64,000 bases of DNA from a virus, in the IMG/VR virus record IMGVR_UViG_3300030328_001638, positions 3,140-67,139 of that record. One strand, written 5' to 3'. A program made the translations under genes and the position numbers. The first letter of the stretch is position 1. Each line of letters starts with the position of its first letter. The notes under the pieces were generated by a model, which was not told the origin of the DNA, ran no database searches, and was given only the letters and a program-made list of their open reading frames with translations. Below are positions 55,185-64,000 of the stretch, one piece after another.

Positions 55185-57424
55185 TTATTAAGTAATTGAC
55201 TTACTGAGCTTTTATTATTATATCTTGCAAAGTTAATGCTTATTTTTGATTGTTTTTGAATAGGAGTGTATAAATGCTTTTGATTACCCATAATAGCTAA
55301 ACCAGAACTAATAGAAGCATCGAATTTAGTTCGATTGCTAATATCAAATCTTGCCCAATCAGCTAAGGTTCTACCAAAAAACATTTCTCCCATATCATCT
55401 TTCGTTCTATATTCTCCTGTCAAATCCAATCCTATATGTTTTTCTATATAAGATTCAATGGCTGACGCATGTGACTGTTTCACATCTTCCGAAGTATTAG
55501 GTATTCCCCCTAATTCTCTTTCGGTTCGAGATAATTTATTATATTTTTTATCAGGTCTATTCATGCAAAATCCTCGATACCCTCTGTTTTTAAAATGATA
55601 TAATAAACGAGGTTTATTATTTTCGCAAAGAATAGGCATTCCATAAAAAATGCAAGCCATCAAAACTTCTTCAAAAAATATCTCAGCCGTTTGTGGTCGT
55701 GCTATATACTCTAAAAAAAAGTGATTAGAAGGGGCTTCATCCATATTAAATTTAGTAAGTCCATGCAAAGATCCGTTAGATCCTTTGCCCACAACTACTC
55801 CTGAAATATCATATGAATCACATCCAAAAGTTCCTAAATGCTCATTGCCTGGATACTTCCTTCCACCTTTTTCTATTATCCTATTTTGTAATTCTTTTCT
55901 CGGTGTCCAAGTTACAAAAAATCTTCCATTTTTATTTGGACTCCAAATAACCTTAGTATCTTTAACTCCATCCTGCCATCTGAATGAACCTTGAGTAACA
56001 AAATGATCAATAATTAAAGAGTCATTATAATCTATTTGTTGATAAATTTTAGTTAAATTAAATAAAGATTGTTTACTCTCATCTCTAAATGCATGAGATT
56101 CAGAGCGAGGAAATTGTCGGTAAAATTCATTTAATGCGTCAGGGTCTTGAGCTAAAGAATCAACTTCATTTTTCCAATAATTAATTGCCCCTATTCTTAC
56201 ATCTTCTCCGTCAATACCTACAAGAGGCGTGTTAGGAGTATTTAATACAGGCATACCAAACTTATCTATATAGCCTTCAAAATTCCATTCCATAGGAATA
56301 AATAAACTATAAAGACCAGATTTTGTTTGTCCATTTTGATTTCTTTTAGTAACATCTGAATCTTCAAATAATTTTTTAAAATTACCACCTCCTTTATCTA
56401 AAGCATTAGAGGTTGAACCCATCATACATTTACCTATAATTTTACTACCTAATCGTAGACATGTTTTTGTTACCCTCCAATTGTTTAAAATATTTTCAGG
56501 CCTCTCCCATTTACCGCTTTCATCATGTAATAGTAATTGTAGTTTTTCTCCATCATAAGAGTTATCAGAAGTATTTTTCCAATCTATAGTAGTATCTAAC
56601 CCTTCTAACTCTTCATCTCCAATATCATACATGTTCTTTTTTGTAATTTTAGATGCTGGGACTCTGTAAGCTAATTCAGTTTTAGGTTTATCCATCCCGT
56701 CTTGTATAGGTTTAAAAAAGAAAGGATAATTGTTAGATATAGGAACAACCTTGTCAGTAAACATTTTTTTAGCATCAGCACCTGTTTTAGACAGTATGCC
56801 TATACGGGAATCTTTAGAAATAGTAGCTCTATTTACACCTTCAGCTGACGCCATGAAAGAAAATCCTGAACGCCTAATTTTTAAATAGCACATTCCAAAA
56901 CTCCTTTTATCTGCTTTACATGCCTCCCAAAATATAAAAAATATTCTATTAGCTTCTCTGAAATCAGGATGCCCTACATCAATTTTTGTCCATTGCAAAT
57001 ACATATAATGTGTTCCTGTAATATAGGTAGGGATACCATTGTTTAAAAACCAGTGACCTTGTTCTCTTCTATCAAATTCTTCTTCTATATAATCAACCCA
57101 TTTTGATTTAAAAGCAGGAGGAGTGTCATGCCATTGAAATATGCTTTGAATTCTTTTAAGTTCTTTAGGTAAGTTTTTTACTTCCCAAACTTGATTTTCT
57201 TTTTTTAATGTAGAAGTTAATTTAGGAGTTTGAGGTAGAGCTACGTTTAAGCCACTAATATTATATATATCACCTATTGTTCCATTATTAGATATAATTG
57301 TTATATCATATTTTTCATTATAACCATACTTCCAAGAACGGGAACGATTTTTTATTGTCCTAACTTTATTAGGAACAATTTTATTATTTATATAATATAT
57401 TTTATTTTGATCTTGATTCAGCAA
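55181..57424 (-). CDS. terL: Terminase large subunit
   Basis: KIRRSGFS Walker A variant, LLLHDESGK Walker B, GCDSYD and FDASISSG nuclease motifs. Confidence 0.9.
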   Translation of the reverse strand: MLNQDQNKIYYINNKIVPNKVRTIKNRSRSWKYGYNEKYDITIISNNGTIGDIYNISGLNVALPQTPKLTSTLKKENQVWEVKNLPKELKRIQSIFQWHDTPPAFKSKWVDYIEEEFDRREQGHWFLNNGIPTYITGTHYMYLQWTKIDVGHPDFREANRIFFIFWEACKADKRSFGMCYLKIRRSGFSFMASAEGVNRATISKDSRIGILSKTGADAKKMFTDKVVPISNNYPFFFKPIQDGMDKPKTELAYRVPASKITKKNMYDIGDEELEGLDTTIDWKNTSDNSYDGEKLQLLLHDESGKWERPENILNNWRVTKTCLRLGSKIIGKCMMGSTSNALDKGGGNFKKLFEDSDVTKRNQNGQTKSGLYSLFIPMEWNFEGYIDKFGMPVLNTPNTPLVGIDGEDVRIGAINYWKNEVDSLAQDPDALNEFYRQFPRSESHAFRDESKQSLFNLTKIYQQIDYNDSLIIDHFVTQGSFRWQDGVKDTKVIWSPNKNGRFFVTWTPRKELQNRIIEKGGRKYPGNEHLGTFGCDSYDISGVVVGKGSNGSLHGLTKFNMDEAPSNHFFLEYIARPQTAEIFFEEVLMACIFYGMPILCENNKPRLLYHFKNRGYRGFCMNRPDKKYNKLSRTERELGGIPNTSEDVKQSHASAIESYIEKHIGLDLTGEYRTKDDMGEMFFGRTLADWARFDISNRTKFDASISSGLAIMGNQKHLYTPIQKQSKISINFARYNNKSSVSQLLNK

Positions 57425-57677
57425 ATCCTTTAGGGGTATTATTAACTTTTACATCTTTTCCTTGTATAATATTTTCCTCTTCTTCAATTCTTTTAAGTAT
57501 TTCAAAAGCGTCAAAAATAGCCAGCTTTTTTGTAGCTGCAGCATTTTTTAATCTATCTGCAGCTAACTCATCGTCTTTGTCATATTTTATTATATCTTCT
57601 TTTGCTACTTTAATTAGTTGAATTACGGCAAGTTCCCCTGCTTTAATAATCTGTTCTTTTATTTCTTTGGAATTCAT
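57402..57677 (-). CDS. Putative terminase small subunit
   Basis: Small helical protein overlapping the terL start. Confidence 0.45.
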   Translation of the reverse strand: MNSKEIKEQIIKAGELAVIQLIKVAKEDIIKYDKDDELAADRLKNAAATKKLAIFDAFEILKRIEEEENIIQGKDVKVNNTPKGFAESRSK

Positions 57678-57678
57678 A

Positions 57679-58242
57679 TTAAATTGCTAAAGTTATATTA
57701 CGAGTGTACATGCGATAAAGTTTTTCTCCCTCTATTGTAAACTCATATTCAGAATTTGGTTGATAACTCACTTCATCCCCTATATTTAAACCTAAAGATA
57801 ACAACTCATCGTTAATATACTTTATAGTACCGAATAAAGCTTCTTCTTTAGAAAATTTTTCAATAATATATTTTTTTTCTTTTGAAGGTTTTATAAAGCA
57901 ATAAGGGTTAAATGCTTTCCATTTATCAAGATGTTTGTATAAAAAAAACTGATCAGGGTCTACAAAAAATAAATCGTCCTTAAAATAGCTTTTACCACTT
58001 TTTCTTCGTCCATACATATCATTATAAAATTTAAATACATTATGATGGACTAATAATGTGTCTCCAACTTGAATATCTCCTGAGTAATTTAAGGGTAGGG
58101 CTACTACTTGAGCGTAGCGATTAGAAGATTTAAAATCTTCTTCAGACGTACTTGTTATAAAATCCACTTCTCCATAAGATTTTATATTATCGTATCGTCT
58201 GTTGTTAAAGGGCTTAACAATAAACGAAAAAGGTGATTGCAT
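57679..58242 (-). CDS. Tandem GroES-like two-domain protein
   Basis: FIVKP...VVALP...IQVGD.LL and FIKP...G.IKY...L.IGDEV.Y.......IEGEKLYRM. Confidence 0.55.
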   Translation of the reverse strand: MQSPFSFIVKPFNNRRYDNIKSYGEVDFITSTSEEDFKSSNRYAQVVALPLNYSGDIQVGDTLLVHHNVFKFYNDMYGRRKSGKSYFKDDLFFVDPDQFFLYKHLDKWKAFNPYCFIKPSKEKKYIIEKFSKEEALFGTIKYINDELLSLGLNIGDEVSYQPNSEYEFTIEGEKLYRMYTRNITLAI

Positions 58243-58472
58243 TAAAAATTTATATTATATTCGACTGATATAGGTAAAGTCAACTTAAACTCTTTCCATA
58301 GAACAACCTCATTTTTATTGTCTGATTTTATCCAAATTTTATAAGATTCGTCTCTGTGGTCATTTTGAATTAAATGAATATGGTAATTACCATTTAAAAC
58401 ATCTTGCCCCGCAATATAATGCATTGCGCCAGACTTATAATCTGCCCCTATAGAAATTTTTCTTATATCCAT
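58242..58472 (-). CDS. Conserved hypothetical protein
   Basis: ORF track. Confidence 0.75.
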   Translation of the reverse strand: MDIRKISIGADYKSGAMHYIAGQDVLNGNYHIHLIQNDHRDESYKIWIKSDNKNEVVLWKEFKLTLPISVEYNINF

Positions 58473-58476
58473 TTAA

Positions 58477-59010
58477 TTAAAATGATGCGCCTACATTGAG
58501 AACTCTATAAAATACATTTGCATATAAAACCCCGTCTCCTTGTGTTGGGTTTGCAAGAGCCTCTAAGGTAAGTGCGGTATTCTGAGCTATAATTTCATTA
58601 CTCGTAGGTACTTCAGGTTTAAATACGGCATCAGCAGCTGAGTTAATAGCACTACCACTATTTGGTATACTTGCTACTTGTTCACTTCCTATTTTTATAG
58701 GTAATGCTCCTGTACCAAAATCATACACAGTTAAACCAGCGTTTAAATAAAACATGATGCTTATCACATCAATTACTTTGGAAACCCCAGGTGCAGCAAC
58801 TAAATCTATTGGTGTGTCTGCTAATGTTAAAAGTGAGGCTGATGGTATTGCAACTTTCGCCACCTTTGTATCTCCGTCAAATAAATCTTGTAAAGCACTT
58901 AGAGTACAGGTTTTTGTTGCTAAGTCACTATCAGAATCAGTTAATACAAAATAATCATCTAATACAGGAGCTATAGCTGGGTATGCGGTTTTGTTGCTTA
59001 TTTTTGACAT
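58477..59010 (-). CDS. Putative tail-associated structural protein
   Basis: Fibre-anchor-like N-terminus followed by a beta domain. Confidence 0.5.
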   Translation of the reverse strand: MSKISNKTAYPAIAPVLDDYFVLTDSDSDLATKTCTLSALQDLFDGDTKVAKVAIPSASLLTLADTPIDLVAAPGVSKVIDVISIMFYLNAGLTVYDFGTGALPIKIGSEQVASIPNSGSAINSAADAVFKPEVPTSNEIIAQNTALTLEALANPTQGDGVLYANVFYRVLNVGASF

Positions 59011-59294
59011 TATGCTTTTTTAAGTTCGTTAGGTTTTTCTACCTCGGTTTTTTCTTTTTCTTTTTCTACCTCTTCTTTTGTTTTAACTTCTCCTGTTTGT
59101 AAATTAATTACAGAATCTTGTCCAAACTCTTCTATTAAAGCAGCTTCCATTGCAGTAAACTGATCTTTTAATTGATCAATTTTTTTTACCAATAATGATT
59201 GCTTATAAACTAAATCTCCTAAATGTAATTTACTGTTAGAAAATTCGTTTTGTAATTCTTGAACGTTTTTTAATTGCTCTTCATTTAATTTCAT
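59010..59294 (-). CDS. Small coiled-coil protein (tail-fibre chaperone-like)
   Basis: Coiled coil plus E.FG....INL.TG motif. Confidence 0.55.
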   Translation of the reverse strand: MKLNEEQLKNVQELQNEFSNSKLHLGDLVYKQSLLVKKIDQLKDQFTAMEAALIEEFGQDSVINLQTGEVKTKEEVEKEKEKTEVEKPNELKKA

Positions 59295-59363
59295 TTGATT
59301 TTTTTTTATTAATTAAACTTTTTTTAGTAATTAACCACAAAGATAGTTATTTTTTTTTTAATA

Positions 59364-60059
59364 TCACACACCTATAACCTTGCCAATATTAGCTGAAGCT
59401 ACATTAATTACTTCACCAACATTAGAAGAAGAGACTCCAACAATATCATTACCATATCCACTTGCGACAGCGGTAAAACTTATATAAGGCGTGAATCCAC
59501 TTGTACTAACTTGAGCATTCATATACCCATAATTATTAAAAGCAATACTACCAGGGTTGGTGTTTTCATAGTCATACTCATACTCTACAACAGCTATTCT
59601 TAAATAACTATTGCTAAACTGACTTACAGCCGTTGAGTTTAAATCTACCTCTATATCAGAATCTGAATCTGGCCAATTAAAATTACTACTATAAGCTGTA
59701 GCAAAATCTACATCTGAATAAAAATCACTGGTAGATAAATCAGTATCCGCCTCTCCTTGAGCTGTAGATTTTACTACGATTCCTCCTACAGATCCAGCCC
59801 CCACATCATCCGATCTAAAATTAAAGGTTAAATCTGATATGGTATATCCGCTTGCATAAGCGGAAACATCAAAAGCTGCAAAAAATCTTCTTACCCAATA
59901 GCTTGTTCCCCCTCTACCAGTGCTTACTCTAACTTGTGTAGGGAAGAAATTTGTAGGAGGTTGATTATAAGCTGTGGCTCCAGAGGTTCTGGCGGTAGCC
60001 CATGAACCATCAACAGTACCCACAATATATCCGTATTTTCCTGCGTCAACTGTTGGCAT
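59364..60059 (-). CDS. Putative virion beta-sandwich protein
   Basis: R.F.AFDVS pattern; Ser/Thr/Gly-rich. Confidence 0.55.
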   Translation of the reverse strand: MPTVDAGKYGYIVGTVDGSWATARTSGATAYNQPPTNFFPTQVRVSTGRGGTSYWVRRFFAAFDVSAYASGYTISDLTFNFRSDDVGAGSVGGIVVKSTAQGEADTDLSTSDFYSDVDFATAYSSNFNWPDSDSDIEVDLNSTAVSQFSNSYLRIAVVEYEYDYENTNPGSIAFNNYGYMNAQVSTSGFTPYISFTAVASGYGNDIVGVSSSNVGEVINVASANIGKVIGV

Positions 60060-60622
60060 TAATATTCTTTTTTAGGTAAATAATAATATTCGTGATTAAA
60101 ATAAGTATTGAATGGAGGGTTTATTGCTATTTTTTCATAAGTGACCTCACTTATCCCTAAAGAGTTATTTTCTTCACTAAGGTTATTCCACCATGTTACT
60201 TTACATCCACTCTTAGTTAAATTCTCAAGAGCGTCTTTAAGATGAGAAAGATTAGTGTCTCCAAAGGCATCATAAAATATTCCATCATAAGTAGATAAGC
60301 TGTCTTTAACGGTATACCAATCTCCCGCCATAATATTTACGTTTGATTTTCCTTCAGCCCACGTATAAGCTTTGTTTAGAACATCAGGATGTATTTCTAC
60401 TATAGTGTGTGAGTTAATATTATTGGCCTGTATATAGTTTGCACTTATCCCCATTCCAAATCCTATTTCTAAAATATCACCACCATTCTCACATACATAG
60501 TTTGCTGATGCTTGCATAATAGAATCTTCCCAATCCATCATTACCTCTTCTCTATCATGCTCTGCTTCACCAAAGTATATTTCATTTTCAGTAAAGATTA
60601 ATGTTTCATCTTTGTATGCCAT
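60059..60622 (-). CDS. GAMT/RMT2-like class I SAM methyltransferase
   Basis: VMMDWE..IM, GGDILEIGFGMGISA, HTIVEIHP, YDGIFYD. Confidence 0.85.
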   Translation of the reverse strand: MAYKDETLIFTENEIYFGEAEHDREEVMMDWEDSIMQASANYVCENGGDILEIGFGMGISANYIQANNINSHTIVEIHPDVLNKAYTWAEGKSNVNIMAGDWYTVKDSLSTYDGIFYDAFGDTNLSHLKDALENLTKSGCKVTWWNNLSEENNSLGISEVTYEKIAINPPFNTYFNHEYYYLPKKEY

Positions 60623-60632
60623 AATATAGTTA

Positions 60633-63218
60633 TTAAGCTGTTACTTTAACCCAAGTATTATCTGGGTTAAAATATATTTCATCTGTTGTTATTGCATATC
60701 CCACTACTCTTGCAACATCATTATTTCCACTTGGTGCAGTAGTAGTAAGGTCGCCATTAGTAGCGGTAGATAAATATAAAGGTGCGCCAATTGTAAAACC
60801 ATGACCTGAATCAAATACTATTCCGCTTAATACCATACGATTACTACTTGAAGATCCTGAGTTGGCTGCATACGCTATAAGGCCTGTACTTGTTGCCTCT
60901 GCATTAGGGTTGGTTAATTCCCACACGCTTGTAGATTTCCAATAATAAACCTTATTTACAGTAACAGTTGTACTTCCAAGAGGTAATACTGTACCTGAAG
61001 ATTGATTTGCTGCTATTGAAGTGTCTAATAATATATTAGCATCTCCTTGTAGTATGATGTCAAACCCTGTGGTCATTCTAAAATTTGCATACGAAAAAAT
61101 ATCTCCATCATCTACTGTCATTTGGTTGGTAGCCATTGAATGAAACTCTATCTGGCTAAGAGTATCATTTCCATCAACATCTCCTATAACCAGTGTACCT
61201 GAAGTCGAAGCATTACTTATAGTTTTTACACCATTAGTAGTTATATCTCCTCCAGTCACCGTTAAGTCTCCGCCAATAGTTAAATCACTTCCGTCAAATG
61301 TTAAATCGGCATCCGATGTTATTGTATCCGTATCTGACCAATATGCTACTCTATTTGCTGAACCTGAACCATCAACAAATGGTAAATCACTAATTGTTTT
61401 AAGTGTACCATCCCCTGCTATAACTTGAGAAGAACTTCCTGTTAATGTCACAGCAATAGTGCCTGATCCTGTAACTGGTTGACCTGCTACGGAAAAAGCA
61501 CTTCCTGCATGAGTAAATCCTACACTTGTTACTGTACCATCATATTGGTCAGTTGAGTTTATTGTTACAGTACTACCAGTGGCTGAAGTAGTTACATTAG
61601 TACCACCAGCTATATCAATTGTTCCTGTGCTTGTTATAGCAGTTGTACTGCCTGAGTCTGAATCAAATGTTATAGAGGTAACCCCTTGTGCATCACTTCC
61701 CGTAGATGCAGCGGTAAGTCTACCTTGTGCGTCTACTGTTATTGAAGCATTAGTATACGAGCCTGCACTAACAGCTGTATCATCCAGATTTACAGTAAGA
61801 GTGTCTGTGGCACTTGCAACAGTACTTATAGCAGTACCTCCTGCTATAGTAGCTGTATTTGTGCTGGATATGGTTTGACTTGGCCCACTATCTCCAGCTA
61901 AAGTCCAAGATTGATAATTATCAGATGTAGGAACAGTAGGCATTGTTACTGTTTTAAGGTTTAAAGCCGTAATATGACCTGTAGTGTCGGTTGTAACAGA
62001 ATCCACCGCTGTAAACGTTCCAGCTGAACCTGGAGATGCTGAGGAGGAAGTATCAGTTCTTGAAGTAGTGTCGTGACCGATTGTTATAGTATCTGTTGCC
62101 GATGCAACTGTACTTATTTTTGTGCCTCCTAATATACTAAGAGTGTTGCCATTTGTAATAGCTTGTGCAGAACCGCTATCACCTGCTGCTTCAAAAGAAG
62201 ACATTGTTCCGCCTCCCGAGCCGCTACTTGCTGATGTGATTCTACCTTGAGCATCTACAGTTATACTGGCTAAAGTATACGAGCCTGCACTAACAGCTGT
62301 ATCATCTAAGTTAAATGTTATATTTTCATTCCCTGAATCAAGAACAGATGTAATTGCTGTTCCTCCTATTAAAGTCAAGGTTTCTCCGTTACTAATAGTA
62401 AAAGAAGATCCTGATTCAACTGCTGCTACACCGAAACCTGTCATATCCCCTGTTGCGCCTGTTGATACTGCGGTTACCCGACCATAAGCATCAAGTGTTA
62501 TTTCGTCTATTTTAACAGTATTTGAAGTAGATCCGTAACTTCCTGCACCTGCACCACCAGCATCCATATTTATAGTTACTGTATCAGTTGCTCCTACTAC
62601 TGTAGATATATTCGTGCCACCAGCTATATCTAATGTATTTCCGTTTTCAATAGTTTGGTCAGAGCCTGAATCTGCAGTTAAAGTAAAAGAAGACATTGTA
62701 CCACTTCCTGTACCAGCTCCAATATAACTTCTAAGATTTGCACCAGTCACATATTTGACTGTACCACTATCTGACATTAAGAATTGATCAGTATCACTAC
62801 CTATTTGGTCAATTGTGGTAATCGTTACGCTGCCTGAAGTAGTTGCCGTAGTAGAAGTAAGACTTAAGGCTTGTGTACCACCAGCAATTAAAGAAAGAGT
62901 ATTAGATCCATCTCCTCCAATTCCAGTGTCTGGATCATTTCTATAGGGAATTACTGTAGGATTGGTGGTTGTTGAAGTTTCATTATTGAAGTGTCCATTT
63001 CCTGCATTAACACCACCCATGCAATTTGATGAAAACTCCCAAATACTTGATCCTGCTATAGAAACTCTTATATCGTCATCACTTCTTTCAAAAAATCCTG
63101 AGTCGCCATCTCCAAAACTAATCGTTGGAGCTGCATTGTCAGCTGCAGGAGTTGCTTCCAATATTATCCTGCTTCCATCACTTACTGTTAAATCAGTATA
63201 AAAATCATTATTAGCCAT
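60633..63218 (-). CDS. Tail fibre protein with internal repeats
   Basis: Repeated GDSG..QTI.NG.TL.I.GGT.IST and AGSYT.ASITVDAQGR units; 33-bp exact DNA repeat at 61752 and 62274. Confidence 0.8.
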   Translation of the reverse strand: MANNDFYTDLTVSDGSRIILEATPAADNAAPTISFGDGDSGFFERSDDDIRVSIAGSSIWEFSSNCMGGVNAGNGHFNNETSTTTNPTVIPYRNDPDTGIGGDGSNTLSLIAGGTQALSLTSTTATTSGSVTITTIDQIGSDTDQFLMSDSGTVKYVTGANLRSYIGAGTGSGTMSSFTLTADSGSDQTIENGNTLDIAGGTNISTVVGATDTVTINMDAGGAGAGSYGSTSNTVKIDEITLDAYGRVTAVSTGATGDMTGFGVAAVESGSSFTISNGETLTLIGGTAITSVLDSGNENITFNLDDTAVSAGSYTLASITVDAQGRITSASSGSGGGTMSSFEAAGDSGSAQAITNGNTLSILGGTKISTVASATDTITIGHDTTSRTDTSSSASPGSAGTFTAVDSVTTDTTGHITALNLKTVTMPTVPTSDNYQSWTLAGDSGPSQTISSTNTATIAGGTAISTVASATDTLTVNLDDTAVSAGSYTNASITVDAQGRLTAASTGSDAQGVTSITFDSDSGSTTAITSTGTIDIAGGTNVTTSATGSTVTINSTDQYDGTVTSVGFTHAGSAFSVAGQPVTGSGTIAVTLTGSSSQVIAGDGTLKTISDLPFVDGSGSANRVAYWSDTDTITSDADLTFDGSDLTIGGDLTVTGGDITTNGVKTISNASTSGTLVIGDVDGNDTLSQIEFHSMATNQMTVDDGDIFSYANFRMTTGFDIILQGDANILLDTSIAANQSSGTVLPLGSTTVTVNKVYYWKSTSVWELTNPNAEATSTGLIAYAANSGSSSSNRMVLSGIVFDSGHGFTIGAPLYLSTATNGDLTTTAPSGNNDVARVVGYAITTDEIYFNPDNTWVKVTA

Positions 63219-63247
63219 ATATTACAAATATAAGCAAATAGGCTAAA

Positions 63248-64000
63248 TTAGGATACTTTCTGTATGTATACTTTCGCTCCGTTATTAGCTATTGGCGTAT
63301 TAGTTAAAATTCTTACGTTAGTTGCTGATGTTCTTTGTATCTCAGGGAAAATCTGCGCATAGTTATTATTTACATCTACAACCTGTACTATTACATCTTG
63401 CCCTAAAGAATGAGTTACGTCAATTGTATTTAAAGCACCATTTCCAATTGTAGCTACTGCTGATTCATCTGCAACACATGTTGCAACTGCTGTACAGAAA
63501 TCACTTACTTGGGAAGCTGTAATTGAAATAGATTGCTCTGCTGCTGCTTGCGCTACACCATATTTGTCAAACTCTATAGTTAAAGACTTACTTGCACCAC
63601 CGTAAGATTGTGCGGTTATACTTTGGTCAATTAATTGAATCCAACCATTTGCGGTAGCTGTAAAGAGTGCGTTATCAAAACCTGATACACCTTTTTCAGT
63701 TGCTCCATCAGTTGCTCCAACTCCCGCTACATTGTCGTCTTGTTTTACTACCGTATAAGCTGAAACTGCTGGTGAAGAACTTGCAGCAATATCGGATACT
63801 GCATAAATCATATCACCTGGCTCAAGAGTTTCACTAAAGAAAGCAGTACCTGCAACAGTTACAGCGAAGAAGTCACCTCCATCTAAAGCAATGTTACTTG
63901 CTCCGTCTAACGAACCATTAGGTGACATATTAACTGTATTACCTGTGTTTGCGTTATATCCTCCTTTAAATAAACCTACACCCGCAGCTATCGCTTGTAC
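63248..64000 (-). CDS. Tail fibre/structural protein (partial; frame open to window edge)
   Basis: No stop between 63928 and 64000; FKGGYNA, VTHSLG.DVIVQV. Confidence 0.7.
   Translation of the reverse strand, partial: VQAIAAGVGLFKGGYNANTGNTVNMSPNGSLDGASNIALDGGDFFAVTVAGTAFFSETLEPGDMIYAVSDIAASSSPAVSAYTVVKQDDNVAGVGATDGATEKGVSGFDNALFTATANGWIQLIDQSITAQSYGGASKSLTIEFDKYGVAQAAAEQSISITASQVSDFCTAVATCVADESAVATIGNGALNTIDVTHSLGQDVIVQVVDVNNNYAQIFPEIQRTSATNVRILTNTPIANNGAKVYIQKVS

Noticed and set aside
61752-62306. 33-bp exact repeat in the tail fibre as a DGR template/variable pair
   Set aside because: Identical in-frame copies within protein repeats, no adenine-specific mismatches, no reverse transcriptase in the window
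1-64000. Stop-codon reassignment as in some crAss-like phages
   Set aside because: Genes are full length and densely packed under the standard code; TAG and TGA act as stops; no suppressor tRNA seen

Overview
A 64 kb, roughly one-third-GC segment of a tailed dsDNA phage, most likely infecting Bacteroidota/Flavobacteriia. The host call rests on many TAnnTTTG -7 promoter elements, A-rich start regions without Shine-Dalgarno motifs, and a VirE-N-type primase. The virion module looks podoviral/crAss-like: terminase, portal, scaffold, major capsid, ring proteins, nozzle and giant ejection proteins. Late genes are on the minus strand (1-7.2 kb and 25.6-64 kb). Early and replication genes are on the plus strand (7.8-25.6 kb). 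The phage encodes GroEL/GroES, an initiator-like tRNA-Met, two C5 DNA methyltransferases, a SET-domain protein and a GAMT/RMT2-like methyltransferase. The most striking signals are non-coding. (1) Three complete hammerhead ribozymes punctuate the early transcript, and two of them bracket a single gene. (2) Two ~190-bp origin-like elements 11,753 bp apart share identical iteron/AT-rich/IHF-like spacing, and two stand-alone DnaA domain-IV-like genes lie nearby. (3) A covarying GNRA-hairpin + UUUUGGUGGUAG motif occurs twice. (4) An A12 slippery site appears needed to express the 2,888-aa ejection protein. (5) A G-quadruplex/telomere-like tract lies at the strand switch. At the protein level, one ~70-aa beta module is grafted into four different virion proteins, and the nozzle gene appears split. 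All calls come from reading the sequence by eye; no searches or folding programs were run.
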